Positions 53,488 through 61,018 of a DNA stretch of 64,000 nt are shown one piece after another. A model generated the notes under the pieces. That model searched no databases and was not told the origin of the DNA. It worked only from the letters and a program-made list of their open reading frames with translations. A program made the position numbers and the translations under genes. Location: contig JBQTJJ010000001.1 of assembly GCA_052387235.1 (NCBI GenBank), positions 7,581 to 71,580 of the forward strand, given 5' to 3'. The first letter of the stretch is position 1; the number at the start of each line of letters is the position of its first letter. The stretch comes from Actinomycetota bacterium (GTDB lineage Bacteria; Actinomycetota; Acidimicrobiia; Acidimicrobiales; GCA-2861595).

Positions 53488-55092
53488 GTGATCATCTGCG
53501 AGGAGTGCGGCAACCAGAACGACTCCACCGACACCTTCTGCGGGTCGTGCGGCGCCTTCCTGGAATGGCAGGGCCAGCGAGTCGAGGAGCCGGCCCCGGA
53601 ACCGGAGCCCGAGGTGGAGGAGACGGCCGAGGAAGCGGCCCGGCCGGGGATCGTGCAGCGGGTCAAGACGGCCATCGGCATCGAGGACCAGCCCGGCGGG
53701 GGCGGTGGGCCCGCCGCAGCCGGTGGGGCCGGGCCCGGCACCGACGAGGCGGTCGAAGCCGAAGAGGCCCGCCGGCTGGCCGCGGCCGAGCGGGCCGGCG
53801 CGGAGGAGGCCGCCGAGCGGGCCCGGCGGGAGGCGGCAGAGGCCCGGGCCGAGGCGGAGCGGGCCGAGCGACTGGCCCGGGAGCAGGCCGAGGCCGCGGC
53901 CCGGGCCCAGCGCGAGGCGGAGGCCCGGGCCCAGCGCGAGCACGCGGCCGGGGCCCAGGCCGAGACCGAGGCGGCCCGCCGGGAGGCGGAGGCGGAGGCG
54001 GCCCGCCGGGAGGCCGAGGCGGAGGCGGAGGCGGCCCGCCGGCGGGCCGAGGAGGTGGCCGGCTCCACCGCCGCGGCCGAGGCGGCTGCGGAGCGGGCCA
54101 GGGCCGAGGAGGCCAGGCGGGAGGAGGCGGCCCGCCGGGCCGCGGCCATGGTGGCCCAGCCCAGACAGGCGCCCACTCCCCCGTCTCCACCGGCGCCGGC
54201 GGCGGTACGGCCGACCGAGCAGCGCCAGCGGCCCGCCCCCCGCCAGCCGGCCGCCCCCGCCCCGGTGGTCAAGCCGGGCGACCTCATCTGCGGGCAGTGC
54301 GGCGAGGGCAACGACCCGGCCCGGAACTTCTGCCGGCGCTGCGGCCACACCCTGGCCACCGCCCTGGTGGCCAGGGTGCCGTGGTACCGCCGCGTGTTCT
54401 CGCGCCGGAAGAAGGCGGTCCCTGCCGGCGCCCGTCCCGGCCGGGCCGGAGGCGCGGTCGCCGCAACGACCGGCGGGCGGGGCCGCCGCGGTGCCGTCCG
54501 CGACGCCAAGATGGCCGGGCGCAAGGCCAAGTCGGTCTACAACAAGTTTCGCAGGGTGGCCGCCCTGCTGGTGATCCTCGGCGTGGGCCTGGCCTTCCTC
54601 GGTCCCTTCCGGGAGCCGGCCAACCGCGCCTACCAGTCGGTCCGGCGGGTCATCAAGCCCGAGTTCGAACCGGTGCGCCCCGTCGCCGCCGTCGCCTCCA
54701 GCTCAGCCCCGGGCCGTGATCCCACCGCCGTCATCGACGGCATCAAGAACACCTTCTGGGCCGAGGGCGCCCCCGGTCCCGGCGACAGGCAGACCCTCAC
54801 CGTCACCTTCTCGGAGCCCACCGACCTCGACAAGTTCGGGATCATCCCGGGGGCGTCGGAGAACCCGGCCCAGTTCGTGGCCCAGCCCCGGCCCCGGACC
54901 CTGCATCTCGTGTTCGACGGCACCACTCCGAGTGCCAAGGACGTCGCGGTCAAGGACTCGGCCAAATTCCAGTCCTTCGACCTGAAGGCCAAGGGCGTCA
55001 CCAGCGTGCTGGTGGAGATCGTGTCGGTCCACGCCAGCACGGGCGGCGAGGACTGCGCCATCACGGAGCTGGAGTTCTTCCGGAAGAAGTGA
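53488..55092 (+). CDS. Zinc-ribbon x2 / Glu-Ala-Arg coiled coil / TM / discoidin-like (glycan-binding type) protein
   Basis: ICEECGNQNDSTDTFCGSCGAFL and ICGQCGEGNDPARNFCRRCGHTL ribbons. TM helix VAALLVILGVGLAFLGPF. C-terminal DGIKNTFWAEG ... ITELEFF resembles F5/8-type-C/NADase-type glycan-binding domains. GTG 53488 is 20 nt after the gpI-like gene. Confidence 0.75.
   Translation: MIICEECGNQNDSTDTFCGSCGAFLEWQGQRVEEPAPEPEPEVEETAEEAARPGIVQRVKTAIGIEDQPGGGGGPAAAGGAGPGTDEAVEAEEARRLAAAERAGAEEAAERARREAAEARAEAERAERLAREQAEAAARAQREAEARAQREHAAGAQAETEAARREAEAEAARREAEAEAEAARRRAEEVAGSTAAAEAAAERARAEEARREEAARRAAAMVAQPRQAPTPPSPPAPAAVRPTEQRQRPAPRQPAAPAPVVKPGDLICGQCGEGNDPARNFCRRCGHTLATALVARVPWYRRVFSRRKKAVPAGARPGRAGGAVAATTGGRGRRGAVRDAKMAGRKAKSVYNKFRRVAALLVILGVGLAFLGPFREPANRAYQSVRRVIKPEFEPVRPVAAVASSSAPGRDPTAVIDGIKNTFWAEGAPGPGDRQTLTVTFSEPTDLDKFGIIPGASENPAQFVAQPRPRTLHLVFDGTTPSAKDVAVKDSAKFQSFDLKAKGVTSVLVEIVSVHASTGGEDCAITELEFFRKK
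53741..54150 (+). repeat. In-frame Glu/Ala/Arg-rich imperfect tandem repeats (coiled-coil coding)
   Basis: ARAQREAEARAQRE and EAARREAEAEAARREAEAEAEAARRRAE units are visible in both the DNA and the protein. Confidence 0.8.
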
Positions 55093-57985
55093 CCGGCTCG
55101 GGCCCCAGCCCCAGCTCGGACAGCGCCTCGTCGTACCCCTTCCGAGCCTTGGTCGCGGCCGCCCGCTCGCCGGCCGCCTCATGGGCCGCGACCAGCAGGC
55201 GCCACAGCCCGTCCCGGTAGCGGTCGATCTGCAGGCCCCGCTCGGCGGCACCGGCCGCGGCCGACGGCCGGCCCAGCGCCAGCTCGGCCTCGGCCAGCGC
55301 GTGGGCGGCATCGACCGCCGCGGCGCCGAGCTGCTCGCGCCGCTTGACCACCCATTCCGCCGGCCCGTCCTCGGGGAGCAGGTCGCCGCGATAGCGGTTG
55401 AGAGCGGCGTGGAAGGCGACCGCGGCATGGGCCGGGTCGCCGGCCCGGAAGGCGGCCCTTCCGTCCTCGACGGCCCGTTCGAAGCCGACCACGTCCACGT
55501 CGGCGCCGGCCGGGAGCTCCAGCCGGTAGGCGTCGCCGTCCCGAACCACGTAGGCGCCGGGCCCGTTTCCGGGGTCCGGCCGGAGCACCTGGCGGAGGGT
55601 GGACACGGCCACCTGGAGCTGGTGGGCGGCGGCGTGGGGGTCGACATCGGGCCAGAAGGCGTCCAGGAGGTGCTCGCGGTGCACGCTGCGGCCGGCCGAC
55701 ACGGCCAGCAGCCGGAGCACGGCGCGGGCGCGGGGGCGGATGCCGCCCAGCTCGACGGCCCGGCCCCGCACCGACACCCGGAAGCCGCCGAAGCAGAGCA
55801 GCTCCACCGGCGGCGGGCCGCCCGCCTCCGGGCCGGCGCCGGTCGGGTGGTGCACCAGGGCCACGGCGGCCAGGCCGCACTCCTCGGCCAGGGTGCGGCC
55901 CAGGGCGGCGTGCTCGGTGGCCCGCTCCCCGCCCATGGCCCCGAGCAGGGCGTGGGCCACCGCCTGTGGGCCCCGAACGCCGGTCGAACGGGCCAGGGCC
56001 TCGGCGTCGAGGGCGGCTCGACGGGCCTCGGTCGAGCCCGACCGCGCGAGGGCGACGGCCAGCAGTGACCGGCACCACGCCTCCAGCACGCTGGAGCCGA
56101 GGCGGCGGAAGCGCCCCGCGGCGTCGTCCAGCAGGGCCAGCGGTGCCCCTCCCCGGGCCAGGAGGCCGAGCGACTCCATCAGCGCGGACAGGCCGGCGCC
56201 CCAGTCGTCGCCGGCCTCCTCGCACGCGACCCGGATGGCCGCCGCCTCGTCCACGCCGGACGGCCTCGGCGTGAGGGCAAGGGCCGCCCTGGCCAGGGCG
56301 GCCAGCCAGGGCAGGCCGCGGCGCTCGGCATAGACGGCGGCCCCCTCGACCTCATCCGGAGCGCCTCCGCCGGGGGTGAGCAGGAGGGCCACCGCAGCCG
56401 CCACCCGGGCCCCCGCCACCACGGCCGGCGAGGCGAACGGGTCGTCGGCGGCCCGGACGAGGTGGTCCCGACCCGGCACTGGGTGCCCGTAGAGCAGGGC
56501 GGCCACCCCGGCCACCAGCTGCCCGGACGGGCCCGGCAGCTCCAGTGCCCTGGTCCAGGCCGCCCTGGGGTCGCGCCGCACCCCGGCCAGGGCCACGCCG
56601 GTCCAGCCGGGCGGCGCCACGGCCGACGGGTCGAACCACGGGGCCACCAGGCGGCGCTCCCGCCGGCAGGCGTCACGGGCGGTGGCCGAACCGGAGGTGG
56701 CGTCGGCCCGCTGGTAGGCGTCCAGGGCCTGGTGCCACTGGCCCTGGGCCAGATGGCGCCGGGCCCGGGCCACCAGCAGCCAGGCTTCGCCGGCCACGAG
56801 GGAGACGGGGAGGGTCTCCACCCAGGCGCACGGGTCGTCCACCAGCTGCTCCCCGTCCCGCCCGAGCAGCCGGGCCGCGGCGGCCCAGTCCTCGGCCCGG
56901 CAGTAGGCGTAGAGCGCCTCGCTCAGGGCGCCGTCTGCCTCCAGGAGGCGGGCTCCCCGCTGGTAGTGGGCCCGGGCCGCCTCCTCGCCCCGCTCCTCGA
57001 ACAGTGCCGTGTCGAGGTGGGAGCGCAGGACTTCGTGATAGCGGTACGAGGTGTCGTCGACGGCGGACGTGAAGATCTGGCGCCGCTCCAGCTCGGCCAG
57101 GACCGCCTCGCTCCCCTGCCGGCCCAGCAGCTCGTCGCACACTGGGCCCCGGAGCCGGCCGAGCACGCACGTGCCGATCAGGAAGGAGCGCAGCTCGTCG
57201 GGGAGCTCGTCCAGAACGTTGCGGGCCAGGTACTCGCGCACGAGGCGGGACCGGCTGCCGAGCGATGACAGGATCCGGCGGCGCTCGGCCGGTGACTTTC
57301 CCGATGTGGCCAGGTGGAACATCTGCAGCCCGGCCGCCCACCCCTCGGTGCGGCGGGCCAGATCGGCCAGCTCGCCGGGCGGGAGCGGGGCGGCATAGAG
57401 GTCGCGGAACAGGGCCTCGGCCTCCCAGGACCGGAAGCGGAGGTCGTCGGGACCGAGCTCGAGCAGGTGGCCGGACACCCGCAGCCGGGACAGGTTGAAC
57501 CCAGGGAGGTGACGCGTCGCGGCCAGGACGGCGGCGTTGGGAGGGAGGTAGTCGATGAGACGCTCGAAGGCGCGCTCGGCCTCCGTGCCCGCCAGGACGT
57601 GGAGGTCGTCGATGGCGAGGAGCACCCGCTGCTCCCACGCCTCCAGGCTCGCGGCCACATCGCCCACGCCGTTCCAGGGCCCGCTCGCGGCGGGCGCGGG
57701 CGCGGGAATGGCGCCGGCCAGGGCCCGTTCCAGGTGGGCCGCCAACGCAGCCTCGCTGCTGTCGCTGGCCTCGGCCCGGTACCAGCCCACCGCACAGTCG
57801 GCCCCCCGGGCGAACTGAGCCAGGAGGGTGGTCTTGCCCGAGCCGGCCGGCGCCACGACCAGGGCCAGGCGCCGGGCCCAGAGGCCGGCCAGGACAGTGT
57901 CGAGACGCTGGCGGGGGATCGCGGCGCAACCGGGGACTCGCGTCTTGGCGGCCAGCACGGCGGGCCGCTCGTCTTCCCCCAGCAT
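55061..57985 (-). CDS. STAND-type ATPase + TPR-like region + C-terminal SARP (OmpR-wHTH + BTAD) regulator
   Basis: N-terminal Walker A VVAPAGSGKTTLL and LLAIDDLH (MalT/LuxR-large-ATPase-like). C-terminal LLCFGGFRVSVRGR ... YRLELPAGADVDVVGFE ... YRGDLLPED ... (BTAD). The 3' end overlaps the convergent CIS gene by 32 nt. Confidence 0.8.
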   Translation of the reverse strand: MLGEDERPAVLAAKTRVPGCAAIPRQRLDTVLAGLWARRLALVVAPAGSGKTTLLAQFARGADCAVGWYRAEASDSSEAALAAHLERALAGAIPAPAPAASGPWNGVGDVAASLEAWEQRVLLAIDDLHVLAGTEAERAFERLIDYLPPNAAVLAATRHLPGFNLSRLRVSGHLLELGPDDLRFRSWEAEALFRDLYAAPLPPGELADLARRTEGWAAGLQMFHLATSGKSPAERRRILSSLGSRSRLVREYLARNVLDELPDELRSFLIGTCVLGRLRGPVCDELLGRQGSEAVLAELERRQIFTSAVDDTSYRYHEVLRSHLDTALFEERGEEAARAHYQRGARLLEADGALSEALYAYCRAEDWAAAARLLGRDGEQLVDDPCAWVETLPVSLVAGEAWLLVARARRHLAQGQWHQALDAYQRADATSGSATARDACRRERRLVAPWFDPSAVAPPGWTGVALAGVRRDPRAAWTRALELPGPSGQLVAGVAALLYGHPVPGRDHLVRAADDPFASPAVVAGARVAAAVALLLTPGGGAPDEVEGAAVYAERRGLPWLAALARAALALTPRPSGVDEAAAIRVACEEAGDDWGAGLSALMESLGLLARGGAPLALLDDAAGRFRRLGSSVLEAWCRSLLAVALARSGSTEARRAALDAEALARSTGVRGPQAVAHALLGAMGGERATEHAALGRTLAEECGLAAVALVHHPTGAGPEAGGPPPVELLCFGGFRVSVRGRAVELGGIRPRARAVLRLLAVSAGRSVHREHLLDAFWPDVDPHAAAHQLQVAVSTLRQVLRPDPGNGPGAYVVRDGDAYRLELPAGADVDVVGFERAVEDGRAAFRAGDPAHAAVAFHAALNRYRGDLLPEDGPAEWVVKRREQLGAAAVDAAHALAEAELALGRPSAAAGAAERGLQIDRYRDGLWRLLVAAHEAAGERAAATKARKGYDEALSELGLGPEPVTSSGRTPAP

Positions 57986-58156
57986 TGGCTTCTCAGGCGG
58001 CGAAGGTACCAGCGCCCGCCGGTCGGCGCTGGCGATCTCCCTGACCCTCGGAGCGCGTCGCGCCTCGGCCGACGAACTCGGGCGACGCTTCGTCGAGGCC
58101 TGAACCCTCGACGCTGGCCGGGTGACCCGCCGGCAACGGACCTGGCCCCTTCCGGG

Positions 58157-59176
58157 CTATGCGACGACGCCGTCCAGCATGGGGACCAGCCGGTCGAGGA
58201 CGAAAGGGAGGCTCAGCACGGAGTTGAAGGCGAAGGCGTTCTCGAGGTCGCCCTCGAGGAACACGGCACGACCGTCCTTCATCACGGCGAGCTGCTGTAC
58301 CAGCGGGTCCGACTTGATGGCCGCCGGACCACCCTCGACATACTGCAGCTGGTCCCACACGAGCACGTCGGTGTCGAGCACGTCGAGCCGCTCGGGGCTC
58401 ACCGTCCCGAAGAACTGGTCGCCGGCGATCTCGTCGAGCGCGGCCGGCACCTTGAAGCCGAGCGAGGTGAAGAAGCGCGACCGGGGATCCTCGGAGGCGA
58501 AGAACCCCGGCCCGGACCCTGGTCCCGAGTACGTGGCGACCGCGACCATCTTCCCGGCGAACGCCCCCTTCTCCGCCTTGATCGCCGCGAAGCGGCCCTC
58601 CAGCGCCTCCACCAGCTCGGTGGCGCGATCCTCCCGGCCGAGCGCCCGGCCGACGGTGCGCGTCATGTCCTGCCACGGCACTCCGTAATCGACGTAGTCG
58701 TCCGTCTGCGCCACCGTCGGTGCGATGGCGGACAGCGTCTCGTAGTCCTTGTCGGTCATGCCCGAGTAGATGCCGAGGATGAGATCGGGCTCCAGGCTGG
58801 CGATCTTCTCGAAGTTGAGGTTGTCGTAGGGCATCTCGAGGATCTCCGGCGTGGCGCCGGCGGCCTCGTCCTCTGCCCACGGGAAGATCACGTCGGTCTT
58901 GTCGCCGAACCAGTAGCGCACCGCGATCGGGGTCACGCCGAGGGCGAAGATGGCGTCGTGCTCCTGGAAGCCGAGGGACAGCACCCGCGCCGGCTCCCCG
59001 GGGATCTCCGTGCTGCCGTACTTGTGCTCGATCGTCACCGGGAACGCGGACTCCTGCGCCCCGCGATCTCCCTCGTCGGTGCCCGAGCTCGTCGCCGATC
59101 CGCCGCCGCACGCCGCCAGCGTCAGCGCTGCCCCCACGACGGCCGACGCCGCCACACGCACGCTCGCCCTGCCCAT
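58157..59176 (-). CDS. Iron-siderophore-type periplasmic binding protein (ABC, lipoprotein)
   Basis: Lipobox LTLAACGGGS. PBP type-2 pattern (RVLSLGFQEHDAIFALGVTPIAV ...). ATG 59176 after AGGAGG. Confidence 0.85.
   Translation of the reverse strand: MGRASVRVAASAVVGAALTLAACGGGSATSSGTDEGDRGAQESAFPVTIEHKYGSTEIPGEPARVLSLGFQEHDAIFALGVTPIAVRYWFGDKTDVIFPWAEDEAAGATPEILEMPYDNLNFEKIASLEPDLILGIYSGMTDKDYETLSAIAPTVAQTDDYVDYGVPWQDMTRTVGRALGREDRATELVEALEGRFAAIKAEKGAFAGKMVAVATYSGPGSGPGFFASEDPRSRFFTSLGFKVPAALDEIAGDQFFGTVSPERLDVLDTDVLVWDQLQYVEGGPAAIKSDPLVQQLAVMKDGRAVFLEGDLENAFAFNSVLSLPFVLDRLVPMLDGVVA
58364..58404 (+). repeat. Right copy of the direct repeat (partner at 33043-33084), inside the binding-protein gene
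   Basis: Encodes SPERLDVLDTDV on the minus strand. 34/34 identity to the left copy, extending to 41/42 with one indel. Confidence 0.9.
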
Positions 59177-59305
59177 GTCCGCCTCCTGTTGGTAGCCAAC
59201 CCTCACCCTTTATCTAAGGCGTCCCTAACATTCGATGTCAAGTCTCCCTAAGATGCAGCTCATGGGCGAGCCGCGAGCGATGCGACGACCGGACACGCCC
59301 CGCGC

Positions 59306-61018
59306 GTGGCACTAGCCGGCGCGCCGCCCGTCGCCGGCCAGGCGTCGGTGCTGCTGCGATCCATCGTCCGGGCCGAGCGCGGCCGGGTGTCCGGCGCGGC
59401 GGCGCTGTTCGTGACGCACCAGGTCGGCGAGATCATGGTCCCCGTCGTCGCCGGCGCCGTCATCGATCGGGCCGTGGTGACCGCAGACGCAGCCGCGCTG
59501 GGCCGGTGGCTCGCGGTGCTGGCCGTGGTGTTCGCCGTGCTGTCGACGTCGTGGCGGTGGGGCGAGCGGCTCCTCACCGTCGCTCTCGAGAACAGCGCCC
59601 ACCGCCTCCGCCTCGACCTGACCTCTCGGATCCTCGCCCCGGCGGGCGTCGACTGCTCCCGCCAGGGCGGGGAGATGGTGAGCGTGGCGAGCGGCGACGC
59701 CGCCGCCGCGGGCCGCGTGCTGGTGGCCGTGGCGGCCGGCATCGCCGGCGGCGCGGCGCTCGTGGTGACCGCCGCCGTCCTCCTCGTGATCTCCGTCGAG
59801 CTGGGGGCGGTCGTGATCCTCGGCCTCCCGCTCGTCGCCTGGCTGCTGCAGCGCCTCGTGCGACCCCTGGAGCGGCGAGCCGCCGCCCAGCGCGCCGACG
59901 CGGCTCACGCTGCTGCCCTCGCCACCGACCTGGTGACGGGCGTCCGCGTCCTCAAGGGCCTGCGGGCCGGCCCCACCGCGGCCGAGCGCTACCGGGCGGC
60001 CAGCCGGCGGTCGCTGGACGCCGGCCTCGCCGCGGCGCGCTCCGCCGCCGTGCACGAGGGGGCCACCGTGATGGCGACGGGTCTGTTCATCGCCGCCGTC
60101 GCCGCGGTCGCCGGCATCCTCGCCGCTCGAGGGGCGATGACCGTCGGCGGCCTCGTCGCCGCCGTGGGCGTGACCCAGTTCCTCGTCGGCCCCCTCTGGC
60201 GGCTCGGCTTCGCCGGCGCCGAGCTGGCCAAGGCCCGCGCCTCGGCGGCCAGGGTGGCCGACCTCCTCCAGGCGCCCGCCCCCGTCGCCGACGGGGTCGG
60301 GGAGGTCCCCGACGGCTGCGGGCGTCTCGCGTTCCGCGGGGTGCGTCACCGCACGCTGCGCGGCTTCGACCTCGACGTGCGCCCAGGCGAGCTCCTGGCC
60401 CTGGCCGCTCTCGAACCCCGCGACGCGGTGGCGGTGCTCGACCTGCTCGCCCGGTCCGCCGATCCCGACGGTGGCACCGTCGAGCTGGAGGGCGTGCCGC
60501 TCCCCTCCCTGCGCCTGCGGGACCTCCGCCGGGCGTTGCTCGTCACCCGCCACGACGCCGTGCTGTTCTCCGGCCAGCTCGTCGACGTGGTGCTCGACGG
60601 CGGCCGGGACGGCCTGACCGGCGTCGACGCCGGGCGCCTCCTCGCCGCCGTGGGAGCCGATGATCTCGGCGATGCCCTCCAGGGCGGCCTCCACGGGCGC
60701 GTCTCGGCCCGCGGGGCCTCGCTGTCCGGCGGCCAGCGCCAGCGCGTCGTCCTGGCCCGGGCGCTGGCCGCGTCGCCGCGCGTGCTGGTGCTCCACGACC
60801 CGACGACCGCCGTGGACCCGGTGACGGAAGCGACGCTCGCCGCCGGGCTGCGCCAGTGGCGCCGAGGCGCCACCACGATCGTCGTCACCACCAGCCCGAC
60901 GCTGCTGGCGACGGCCGACCGGGTGGCCGTCGTGGAACGGGGCGCGGTGATCGCCGAGGGTTCGCACCGGGAGCTGCTCGATCGCTGCCCGGCCTACGCT
61001 CGCACGGTCCTGGCGTGA
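59306..61018 (+). CDS. ABC transporter, fused permease/ATPase (siderophore exporter/importer type, IrtA/YbtP-like)
   Basis: Six-helix TMD followed by an NBD (LSGGQRQRVVLARAL, VLVLHDPT). The start is uncertain (GTG 59306 or 59348). Confidence 0.85.
   Translation: MALAGAPPVAGQASVLLRSIVRAERGRVSGAAALFVTHQVGEIMVPVVAGAVIDRAVVTADAAALGRWLAVLAVVFAVLSTSWRWGERLLTVALENSAHRLRLDLTSRILAPAGVDCSRQGGEMVSVASGDAAAAGRVLVAVAAGIAGGAALVVTAAVLLVISVELGAVVILGLPLVAWLLQRLVRPLERRAAAQRADAAHAAALATDLVTGVRVLKGLRAGPTAAERYRAASRRSLDAGLAAARSAAVHEGATVMATGLFIAAVAAVAGILAARGAMTVGGLVAAVGVTQFLVGPLWRLGFAGAELAKARASAARVADLLQAPAPVADGVGEVPDGCGRLAFRGVRHRTLRGFDLDVRPGELLALAALEPRDAVAVLDLLARSADPDGGTVELEGVPLPSLRLRDLRRALLVTRHDAVLFSGQLVDVVLDGGRDGLTGVDAGRLLAAVGADDLGDALQGGLHGRVSARGASLSGGQRQRVVLARALAASPRVLVLHDPTTAVDPVTEATLAAGLRQWRRGATTIVVTTSPTLLATADRVAVVERGAVIAEGSHRELLDRCPAYARTVLA

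Noticed and set aside
53741-54150. Tandem-repeat-looking DNA, considered as a CRISPR array or minisatellite
   Set aside because: The units are irregular (21-33 nt) with no spacer structure. They stay in frame inside a gene and encode a Glu/Ala/Arg coiled coil.
33100-58150. Search for an integrase, transposase, recombinase or tRNA attachment site that would make the CIS block a classical mobile island
   Set aside because: I recognised none in any frame. The mobility idea therefore rests only on the direct repeat and the gene relic, and is reported as a hypothesis.
59205-59255. Canonical IdeR/DtxR iron box
   Set aside because: My best hand alignment matches only about half of the 19-bp consensus. 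I kept it as a low-confidence observation, not a feature.
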